From Thermoplasmata archaeon (GTDB lineage: Archaea; Thermoplasmatota; Thermoplasmata; GCA-020350865), in the NCBI GenBank assembly GCA_020348445.1, contig CP070751.1, positions 615,901 to 679,900 of the forward strand: DNA of 64,000 nucleotides, in the 5' to 3' direction. The notes below the pieces were generated by a model. The model did not search any database. It was not told the DNA's origin and saw only the letters and a list, made by a program, of their open reading frames with translations. Made by a program: the position numbers and the translations under genes. Positions 49,205-56,972 of the stretch are shown in pieces (position 1 is the stretch's first letter; each line of letters opens with the position of its first letter).

Positions 49205-50347
49205 CTACTCCTCTTTTGGTTTCGGTTTAGCAAGCACTGCCTCGAACAACTCGTCGTCCTGGTAAGCTCCCTTGGCAATAAGCTGGCGGTACTTGACAAA
49301 ATCTATGACATCCTTGCCTGTTATCTTCTTAGTATTGAATGCATGGAATCCTAGGAAAGCTTCCCCTGACATGTTTGTTGCAAGCCAGTGTCTGTTGTAG
49401 TTCTTTGAATAATCCCAGAAGAATTTTTTCTTGGCTCTGATGCTGTCTATTGTTTTTATCAGGCAGCCTGGAAAGAGGTTGGTGAATCTCCAAATTATTT
49501 CATTAACGGTATTGTCTAGGAGAGTGAAATCTGTTTGAGCATTTTTCACGTACGCCTTGGCCTCTTTGAATGCATCTCCGGTCTTGAATTCACCGTACAC
49601 TATCTCTCCATCCTCCACCCACTTGTCAGTTATCACCTGGGGATTTTTTATCCATTTATCTCCTTCCTTTATGGCAGGCACTACCCTTGTAAGGTACCCC
49701 AGCCTATTCATCTTATAGGCGGACCATGTCTCGCATGATATGCAGTTCCACATGGCGTCCTCCATTCCCAGATACCATGGCAGAAAATCACTTGAGCCGC
49801 CATCAGGAGCAGAGCCGTGTCTTGGACCTGCCTGGCCGTACACCGCAAGATCCGAACTGACTGCTATATCGGTGGCCATACCTATTTCCTGGCCCCCTGC
49901 AATCCGCATTCCATTGACTCTGCAGATCACAGGTTTCTTGCAAAAGAGTATGGAGTCAACCATATGGTTGAACAGCTCCATGTACTCTCCGTACTCGTTT
50001 GGTCTCTTGCTGTAATATTCTGCATATTCTTTGGTGTTGCCGCCGGTGCAAAATGCCTTGTCTCCAGCTCCTGTGAATATCGCAGCCACGACACTCCTGT
50101 CAAGGGATGCATTGTGAAAACCTGCGATAACTCCCTTTACCATCTCAGTGGTATATGAATTGTACTGCCTGGGATTGTTGAGGGTGATCCATGCAGAGTA
50201 TAGTCCCTCCACTTCATTACCCTCAGGGTCCAAAACAGGTTTCTTTTCATATACTGTGCAAGGGGGTTCCGTTCCAAAGTAATCCTTCCCTTTAAACAGT
50301 TCATGGTTCTTTATCTCATCTTCTCTTGGTAGCCAATCTAAACTCAT
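49205..50347 (-). CDS. bamA: 6-oxocyclohex-1-ene-1-carbonyl-CoA hydrolase (ring-opening crotonase, BamA/Oah)
   Basis: 380 aa. It contains both peptide motifs targeted by the widely used bamA marker primers as I recall them (QYNSYTT and GQEIGM), plus FCTGGNTKEYAEYY, ICRVNGMRIAGGQEIGMA and GSAPDGGSSDFLP. Confidence 0.8.
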   Translation of the reverse strand: MSLDWLPREDEIKNHELFKGKDYFGTEPPCTVYEKKPVLDPEGNEVEGLYSAWITLNNPRQYNSYTTEMVKGVIAGFHNASLDRSVVAAIFTGAGDKAFCTGGNTKEYAEYYSKRPNEYGEYMELFNHMVDSILFCKKPVICRVNGMRIAGGQEIGMATDIAVSSDLAVYGQAGPRHGSAPDGGSSDFLPWYLGMEDAMWNCISCETWSAYKMNRLGYLTRVVPAIKEGDKWIKNPQVITDKWVEDGEIVYGEFKTGDAFKEAKAYVKNAQTDFTLLDNTVNEIIWRFTNLFPGCLIKTIDSIRAKKKFFWDYSKNYNRHWLATNMSGEAFLGFHAFNTKKITGKDVIDFVKYRQLIAKGAYQDDELFEAVLAKPKPKEE

Positions 50348-50576
50348 ACTATACCTCCAATTAATTTATCTTCTGTAACCTCCCCCAATGGCACGCCTAA
50401 AAATTTTGGTCATACGATTGGGCACGGCCGAAATAGGATTGATTGTTTATAACATTTATTATGCTCTAAAAAATTGGAATTCCCATGGATAAATTCATGC
50501 CAAAAATGATATAATGAACAAAAGTATTATATACCCAAGAACTTAGTTTCAAAAACTCAAAAAGTTGGTACTGGGT

Positions 50577-51743
50577 ATGGCAAAAAGACGAAGCACAATC
50601 GGAAAAAAAGGCAAGCATGGGAGAGAAGGTGTGGATATATCTCTTGCCGAGACAATGAAAAGACGGAAAAGGAAGATATTAAGCGTGGTATTGGTGATCG
50701 TGATAGTGGTGGCGATTTTAGCGTCAGTTTATTACTTCTTCTTTTTAAGCAAGGAATCTGACGATGATGTTGATGTTCTAACCTCATCATCCAAACACTT
50801 GCAAGGTTATCCTAATGATACCATAAGCTATACTTACACGATTCACAATCCCAGTAGTAAATCTGACGTTTTTTCCCCTATGCTATTTGGTCTACCCTCC
50901 GATTGGACAATTATCATGCCAAACACCATTTCTGTGAAGGGAAAAGAATCCAAACAGGAACAATTCTCTGTAATACCAAAACTCGAAACAGCCGTGAATA
51001 ATACATATCCATTTAAGCTCAATGTCACATCAGCCAATACCCAAAAGACTTCTTCCGTCGACTTCGAAATAACTGTATATAGATTAAATTACGGTGTTGA
51101 GCTTGTATGCTACAATACCACTCATGATGCAGACCCTGGGAGAAATGTCCTCTACGGGATATTGGTTCGGAACACAGGTAATGGAGAGGATTCTTTCTCC
51201 TTCTCCTACAAACACCTTCCACCAAATTGGACCATTTCATTTGAATTTGATCAAATAGTGATTCCTGGTTATGGCTCCAAGTCGGTGATTGTCAACATCT
51301 CCACCCACATCAATACCTCTAAAGGTCGATACGATATGGATATCATGACCACATCCAGCGGTGGCCCCACAGCCTCAATCTGGTTGAACACTTCAACTGT
51401 TAAAGATTTCGATGCTAGAACCATAAAGGAAGGGGACAGAATACAGGTGAATTATATCGGTTATTTCCCAGATGGCGTGGTCTTTGACACATCGTATGCT
51501 TATGTGGCCAATAACACCAATTGGTCAAAAACTCCAGGTTTTACTCGTACTGAATTTTCTCCATTGAAGGTAGCTACAACCACTAGAGAAGGCGATTACA
51601 CAACTGTTGTTATTGGATTCAAGGAAGGGCTTATGGGATTGAAAGTTGGCGAATCAAATGTGGTCCGAGTTCCTCCTGAAAAAGCCTATGGTGATGGTCT
51701 ATGGCGCATTTTTGAAATCGACATAGTCAGCATAGACAACTGA
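50577..51743 (+). CDS. Membrane-anchored protein: NEW3/CARDB-like domains + C-terminal FKBP-type peptidyl-prolyl isomerase
   Basis: Trimmed to the ATG at 50577. Basic N-terminus, TM helix VVLVIVIVVAILASVYYFFFL. YTIHNPSSKSD / ILVRNTGNGEDSF motifs. FKBP motifs GDRIQVNYIGYFPDGVVFDTS...GFKEGLMGLKVGES..V.VPPEKAYG. Confidence 0.75.
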   Translation: MAKRRSTIGKKGKHGREGVDISLAETMKRRKRKILSVVLVIVIVVAILASVYYFFFLSKESDDDVDVLTSSSKHLQGYPNDTISYTYTIHNPSSKSDVFSPMLFGLPSDWTIIMPNTISVKGKESKQEQFSVIPKLETAVNNTYPFKLNVTSANTQKTSSVDFEITVYRLNYGVELVCYNTTHDADPGRNVLYGILVRNTGNGEDSFSFSYKHLPPNWTISFEFDQIVIPGYGSKSVIVNISTHINTSKGRYDMDIMTTSSGGPTASIWLNTSTVKDFDARTIKEGDRIQVNYIGYFPDGVVFDTSYAYVANNTNWSKTPGFTRTEFSPLKVATTTREGDYTTVVIGFKEGLMGLKVGESNVVRVPPEKAYGDGLWRIFEIDIVSIDN

Positions 51744-51973
51744 CATCTCGATTTGTGAGGAATAATGTAAATTCCACTGAGAGCCGGGTTAGGAAAAAAC
51801 AGTTGATAAGGCTGTTGGGCTCTCAGTGGTATAGGGCGTTGAGGTAAGGGATTCGGAAAAACGGCTTTTGTTAATAAATGTTTTGTGCTGTAGTTATCAG
51901 ATTTGATACTGTTCACAACTAATTTATCTAATACGATTTACAATAATCATATCAGAACCTTTCTTTAGAAAGC

Positions 51974-52213
51974 ATGGTTTCTAATCTGGAGTATGATGAC
52001 ATGGATACCACAGCATTACTCGGTATGTTCTCGATAACTGCAGGTCTGGTTTTCTTCTTCACAAGCGGTGCATTCTCGATAATCAGCTCTTCCCTGGGAA
52101 TGTTATTCCAGGGAATTGGGATAGCTCTGATTTACCTGGGGATCGCATTTATTTTATGGAATGTCCTGAGCTCGCTGAACATCTTTTTAGAAAGGTTCGT
52201 GAAAAGAAGTTGA
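51974..52213 (+). CDS. Small 2-TM membrane protein (hypothetical)
   Basis: 79 aa with two hydrophobic helices and no clear SD. Confidence 0.35.
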   Translation: MVSNLEYDDMDTTALLGMFSITAGLVFFFTSGAFSIISSSLGMLFQGIGIALIYLGIAFILWNVLSSLNIFLERFVKRS

Positions 52214-52249
52214 GTGGAGGGCACCCCGTCCAGATTTATTTTGATCTAT

Positions 52250-52316
52250 CGTCTTAGTGTTCGAGTTATAATTTTTCATCAATTGTTTCTTAAGCTCGAA
52301 CACTAGACGGGAGCAC
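52250..52316. repeat. Foldback element G1, same family as 28758..28823, adjacent to tRNA-Glu
   Basis: CGTCTTAGTGTTCGAG [TTATAATTTTTCATCAATTGTTTCTTAAG] CTCGAACACTAGACGGGAGCAC. The core TGTTCGAG-TTAT...CTTAAG-CTCGAACA is shared with A1. The terminal GACGGGAGCAC is identical to the 3' end of tRNA-Glu, in inverted orientation. Confidence 0.8.
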
Positions 52317-52340
52317 GAATCAAATAAAAAATAATATAAG

Positions 52341-52489
52341 TGCTCCCGTCGGGATTTCCGAGCCGTGGGAGGAAATGGAGTGGTGAGTCCCTCACCACGG
52401 GCATTCGAACCCGAGTCGTCGGCTGTCCTTGGCAATTTTAGGAAAGCCTCGAAAGGCCGAAATGATTGGCCGGTCTACACTACGGGAGC
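52341..52489 (-). tRNA. tRNA-Glu (anticodon UUC) with two inferred introns (canonical 37/38 and T-loop)
   Basis: Revcomp reads GCTCCCG TA GTGT AGACCGGCCAA TCAT T TCGGC CTTTCG [25 nt: AGGCTTTCCTAAAATTGCCAAGGAC] A GCCGA CGAC TCGGG TTCGAAT-[49-nt insert within a 56-nt loop region] CCCGA CGGGAGC A. The exon parts match the canonical archaeal tRNA-Glu layout. Confidence 0.8.
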
Positions 52490-52815
52490 ATGTTTGTGGA
52501 TGTCGCATATTACTTCAGATCAAACATGCGACTAAGTGGCGGCTATGCCGCCACGGTAGGACACATTTGCGAATGCCGCGCATCTGAACTAAGCAAATGT
52601 GCGATTAAGTGGTGCGAGCATTGCGAGCACCACGAAAGGTGCAAAATGCGCCAGCATTTTGCATTATTTGCGAATGGATTTATACCCAAGTGCTCCGAAG
52701 GAACACGATTTCATCCAAGGATGGATTTCGGGTGAGTATGATATAATGTATATTTTAATATTGCCTTCAAGGACGATCATCCCTGGTCAGGAAAAGAATG
52801 CTGCCCTGAGCAGAT

Positions 52816-54108
52816 TCAACTCTTCTTTTTTATTTTGACCGTTATCATGCGTACAACTACGAGCAGCAGGATAAATAACCATATTCCCCAGATAACCATT
52901 CTACCCCAGTAGGGCAATTCGGTTTTCGGCCTACTGCTTGCAGGTTGCGAATCGAGGATGAGCGTTATGGGCTTTTTATCACTTATATCAACGGTTGTAT
53001 AGTTGCTCATAAATCCCTTAGCTGTTCTGAATATAAAAGGAGTATAGATTATCTCAGTATTGCTGCTGTCGATTTCATATTCCCTGAGTCTTACGACTCG
53101 AAAATTATTTAATGTCTCATTACTCCAAACCATTTTTCCATGTTGATCCCAGATCGTCAGATTCACGCCATCCACAGGATCATTTTTTGAGTTGTATATC
53201 TGGATGAAAATCTCCCATTCCAAAAGGACATTTCCAGCCCCATTTCTCCTCCCGTCTTTCTCGAATATATTGTCGTTGTGATCTGCCCGGATGTCAAGGG
53301 AATAGATTCCCCATTTCGAGTTGCCGTATATTTGGTTGTTGGTTGCATTGATTTTTGCTCCGTGCCCCCATATCCCAAATCCATCATTCGAGGCAATTGT
53401 ATTGTTGCGAACATCCATGTATACCCATTCTCCTATGATACCGCTTGAGGTATTGTTAGATATTTCGTTTCCTATTAATGTGACATAACCACCCCAGAGG
53501 CAGGACACGCCGATTTCATTCTTGGTTATCGTGTTATTGTATAGCAACGGTGATCCAGAGAAGCTTACAACACCACCATAATTGGAATGAATTGTATTGT
53601 TAAAGATAACGGCTGTCCCATAACATATAATACCATACTCGGTGCTATCAAACACGGTGCTGTTTGCGATGTAGACATCACCAAAGTAAGTGAAGATTCC
53701 TCCTGCGATACGGCTAATTGTGGAGCGCTCCATGGTCATATTTCCCCATACTGCAAAGTAATATGCATGGCGGTTTGCAGTGATGTTGGAGTCATAGATG
53801 TTCAGTCTCGATCCTCCATCCACCTCAATTCCTGTGATCCCACCCCTAGAGGAGTTCATAATAAGAACAACATTGTCCAAAGTTAGGGTGGCATTTTCTA
53901 CTACAGTCAAATTGCCGTTTATTATGATGATTTCGTCGGATACATATGTATCGTTTGCGATAATCCAATCACCTTGGATTGGGGCAGGATAATCTCCTGT
54001 ACCGTCGGCTATGCTGTTTGATAAGAAAGAACTGAGTGTGTTAAAAAGGCATATGAAAATGATAATTGGATATACAGATTGTTTTAATGTACTGGCCCTG
54101 CGATTCAT
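52816..54108 (-). CDS. Secreted right-handed beta-helix (PbH1/NosD-like) protein with C-terminal TM anchor
   Basis: The start could be 54108 (MNRRASTLKQSVYPIIIFICLF, a signal-like sequence) or the track's 54165. Repeated coils ..N.I..N..GI.. follow, then C-terminal helix WGIWLFILLLVVV plus KIKKKS. Confidence 0.7.
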   Translation of the reverse strand: MNRRASTLKQSVYPIIIFICLFNTLSSFLSNSIADGTGDYPAPIQGDWIIANDTYVSDEIIIINGNLTVVENATLTLDNVVLIMNSSRGGITGIEVDGGSRLNIYDSNITANRHAYYFAVWGNMTMERSTISRIAGGIFTYFGDVYIANSTVFDSTEYGIICYGTAVIFNNTIHSNYGGVVSFSGSPLLYNNTITKNEIGVSCLWGGYVTLIGNEISNNTSSGIIGEWVYMDVRNNTIASNDGFGIWGHGAKINATNNQIYGNSKWGIYSLDIRADHNDNIFEKDGRRNGAGNVLLEWEIFIQIYNSKNDPVDGVNLTIWDQHGKMVWSNETLNNFRVVRLREYEIDSSNTEIIYTPFIFRTAKGFMSNYTTVDISDKKPITLILDSQPASSRPKTELPYWGRMVIWGIWLFILLLVVVRMITVKIKKKS

Positions 54109-54171
54109 AACAAATGAGCAAATTTCTACCAAGTACTTTAATCTTATGGTGGCCAGTTGGGTCATCTCATA

Positions 54172-54948
54172 TCAGGCTGCACCTGCCAAGACCAATAGCA
54201 TCAGACCTTGTCTAAGAACCAATATGAATCCCATGGTAATCAGGGCAATGGCCATGATACCTGCAAAGGAATTTATTTTCTGAGGTGTAAATTTTGAGGA
54301 GGCATGACCGGCTGAAGCGTTGAAGACAATAATTGGAATGGCGGAGCCAATTCCGAATATGAACATTGTAAGTGCACCTGTTAAGGCTGTTGCTATTCCT
54401 AATGAAGCACCGAATAAGGCCGAGGCCGTGCCAAGTATCACCGCATCCAAAAGGATTATCTCAAAAAGGCAAGCAACTCCCATTATTAGCCCGAGTATCA
54501 TAAGGGCTACAGTCTCATTTGCAAAGAGCCTGGGGTATTTCTTTCGCAACTTTTCTATTGTGGCAAAGTGGGATTTACAATCACAGTTTGGATCAAGTTG
54601 TCTTTTTCTAACTCTCCTGTATAGTACCAATCCCAGAATCAAGGAGTACACCCCAATCAATACATATCCTACTAACTGCATGGACATTAATGTCATATCA
54701 AAACCGCCTGAGACCAGGATCCCTGCAAAGTAACCCACAACTGCTCCTACAGCTGTTATCAGGGCGATTCTTCCGATATTGAACTTAATTGCAAAAATTG
54801 CACCTGCCTTCCAATGCCTCCCCTCACTTAGGGTGTAACTCAGAAGGCTAGGTCCACACAAGAAGGTGCATATTGTAGTGCCTCTTAAAAGACCTAATAT
54901 GAAGGCTGTGCCAATCAGCACTCCTAACGCCCCAACAAATTCACTCAT
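54172..54948 (-). CDS. DsbD_2/CcdA-like polytopic membrane protein (thiol-disulfide or metal-related transporter)
   Basis: 258 aa, ~6-7 TM helices. Cys pair in TM1 (TICTFLCGP) and a cytoplasmic CDC loop. Sits next to the ArsR-CDF module. The assignment is tentative. Confidence 0.45.
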   Translation of the reverse strand: MSEFVGALGVLIGTAFILGLLRGTTICTFLCGPSLLSYTLSEGRHWKAGAIFAIKFNIGRIALITAVGAVVGYFAGILVSGGFDMTLMSMQLVGYVLIGVYSLILGLVLYRRVRKRQLDPNCDCKSHFATIEKLRKKYPRLFANETVALMILGLIMGVACLFEIILLDAVILGTASALFGASLGIATALTGALTMFIFGIGSAIPIIVFNASAGHASSKFTPQKINSFAGIMAIALITMGFILVLRQGLMLLVLAGAA

Positions 54949-55062
54949 TTTAATCCCCTATTTTAAGGGTCTATTTCATTATTTTAAGTAAAAGATATGA
55001 TAACGTTTTTACTATCTAAACTCTTCCCTTCCACATTAGAGCTAAAATGAAAAGGGCCATTT

Positions 55063-55989
55063 TTAATGTAAATCATTATTTCGGTTTGATTCACCGATTC
55101 CACCCACCCCGCATTCATTACATTCAAACTGAATAGTGGTGTGGGTGATTCCGTACCCATCAAGCAGCCGTTTGTTCATCTCGGAGGTAATCTTTTCGGT
55201 TTCCTTTACACTCATGGCTTCCACGATCACATGCGCGCTTAATGCATGAACATTGGAGCAGATGCTCCAAACATGAAGGTCATGGATGCTTTTCACCCCT
55301 TCAAGTTCAAGGATATCATCCTGTAATCTATCTATATCGATATGTTTTGGCACCCTCTCCATCAAAATATCCACAGATTCCTTCAATAGACGAAGAGAGC
55401 TGTAGATGATGATAATAGCAATCAGAACGCTGAGTATGGGATCTACGATGTGATTCCCAGTAAGGATTATCACCACACCCCCAATTATAACTGCAAAGGA
55501 GGAGAGCGTATCGCCTAAGACATGAAGATAGGCACCTCTGATATTGAGGTCATGATGTCCCCGTAAGGTCAATGTAACAAATAGGTTAACAGCCAAACCA
55601 AAAGTGGCAACTCCCAGCATCTCAAAGGTCTTTATTTCTGGTGGAGATGACAGGCGCTCAATAGCCTCTCGCAAGATGAAAATGACAACTATCACCAAAA
55701 GCACGCCATTTATCAGAGCTGCAAATATCTCTGCCCGATGATATCCAAAGGTGGCCTTCTCATCCAACGGCTTGCATGCTATGGTTATTGCAGAAAAGCT
55801 GAGGCCCAGGGCGAGGGCGTCCATAAAAACGTGGGCTGCATCAGTAAGAAGCGCCAGGCTATTGGATATCAAGCCCCCTATAACCTCTACGACTATGATG
55901 GTAGAGGTCAATATGATGGCGAGTTTCAGTTTTCCTCTCGATTCAGTTCCGCAGGCTTCTTGCACAGATTCACTCCTTATTTGGCTCAC
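55063..55989 (-). CDS. czcD: Cation diffusion facilitator (CDF) metal efflux transporter
   Basis: 308 aa. SLALLTDAAHVFMDAL, HVLGDTLSS, and the C-terminal cytoplasmic domain HDLHVWS. Confidence 0.9.
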   Translation of the reverse strand: MSQIRSESVQEACGTESRGKLKLAIILTSTIIVVEVIGGLISNSLALLTDAAHVFMDALALGLSFSAITIACKPLDEKATFGYHRAEIFAALINGVLLVIVVIFILREAIERLSSPPEIKTFEMLGVATFGLAVNLFVTLTLRGHHDLNIRGAYLHVLGDTLSSFAVIIGGVVIILTGNHIVDPILSVLIAIIIIYSSLRLLKESVDILMERVPKHIDIDRLQDDILELEGVKSIHDLHVWSICSNVHALSAHVIVEAMSVKETEKITSEMNKRLLDGYGITHTTIQFECNECGVGGIGESNRNNDLH

Positions 55990-56332
55990 TTACATGCTCT
56001 ACGCATTTTTCGAACATGCTCATTATATGCTCATCATCCAACGAATAATAGACGCTTTTCCCCCTCTTTTTGAACTTCACGAGCTTGAGATTCCTCAGGA
56101 TCCTAAGCTGATGGGATACCGCAGATTGGGACATGCCCAGGGTTGCTGAGATGTCACAAACACAGAGCTCTTTCTTGGAAAGGGCGTATATGATTCTGAT
56201 TCTGGTTGGATCTCCCAGGGCCTTGAATGTTTCCGAGAGTCTCTCTGCCGTTTCGTGCCTGACCATGGCCTTTTTTATGGCCTCTACGCTTTTTTTATCG
56301 ATTATTGTTGTATCGCAAATATCATCTTTCAT
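55970..56332 (-). CDS. ArsR/SmtB-family metalloregulator
   Basis: 120 aa. ELCVCDISATLGMSQSAVSHQLRILRNLKLV. Overlaps the CDF gene by 20 nt. Confidence 0.9.
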   Translation of the reverse strand: MKDDICDTTIIDKKSVEAIKKAMVRHETAERLSETFKALGDPTRIRIIYALSKKELCVCDISATLGMSQSAVSHQLRILRNLKLVKFKKRGKSVYYSLDDEHIMSMFEKCVEHVSEPNKE

Positions 56333-56411
56333 GGTATCATCTTATATGAACAAGTGTTCATATGTTCACCTAATTATATAATAGTTATGGTCTAAAAATC
56401 CTAAATGGATA

Positions 56412-56819
56412 TTAAAAAATAACATTTTCAAGGATTATCCTTTTAACCTCACCATGCATGGGTAAGCCATCTATTTCAGCCTTTGAGAACCATTGGATGC
56501 TCTCGTGTTCCCTGGGATTCTTATTTTCAGGTGTCCCTTCCCATGAATGCACAATGTAAATATGATGAATATAATCGATACCAAAGGTCGGATCCTTGTC
56601 CTGATAGCTTTCAAGAAACTCGTGGTCTTTTACCTCTATCCCAATTTCCTCCTTCAATTCCCTAAATAACGTCTCTTCCTTCGTTTCTGAGGATTCTATA
56701 TGCCCTCCAAATATATCCCAGATATCGGGATAGAGCCTATCAGATTTTCTTTTACCCAACAATATCTTGTTATTTTTAATAAGTATTCCACCACAGGTAT
56801 TCCTTGATCCATTACTCAT
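56412..56819 (-). CDS. NUDIX hydrolase
   Basis: Trimmed to MSNGSRN at 56819. Nudix box GGHIESSETKEETLFRELKEEIGIEV. Confidence 0.85.
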   Translation of the reverse strand: MSNGSRNTCGGILIKNNKILLGKRKSDRLYPDIWDIFGGHIESSETKEETLFRELKEEIGIEVKDHEFLESYQDKDPTFGIDYIHHIYIVHSWEGTPENKNPREHESIQWFSKAEIDGLPMHGEVKRIILENVIF

Positions 56820-56972
56820 GGTGTGGTGATGATTTTCGAAGTATAAGTTTTTGGTCCAGCCAAAAATGATATTGCACCAATTGTACACTCACATCTTGTG
56901 ATGCAAAAAGAAACCACCTGGTAACCTTTATATCAGAAAACTTTTATATCGGTGCGCACAGGGGGAGATGAC

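Noticed and set aside
52466-52735. Cys/His-rich 89-aa ORF (..ICECRASELSKCAIKWCEHCEHHERCK..) that looks like a zinc-binding peptide.
   Set aside because: It starts inside the tRNA-Glu gene and has no SD. The duplicated DNA motifs are read in different frames, so the Cys/His richness is a by-product of GC-rich hairpins (TGC/CAC-rich palindromes).
52490-52740. RNase P RNA, SRP RNA or C/D-box sRNA in the hairpin block.
   Set aside because: I could not find the conserved CR-I/CR-V (GAGGAAAGUCC-type) motifs, SRP helix-8 motifs or C/D boxes (RUGAUGA...CUGA at proper spacing). It is kept only as an unexplained structured region.
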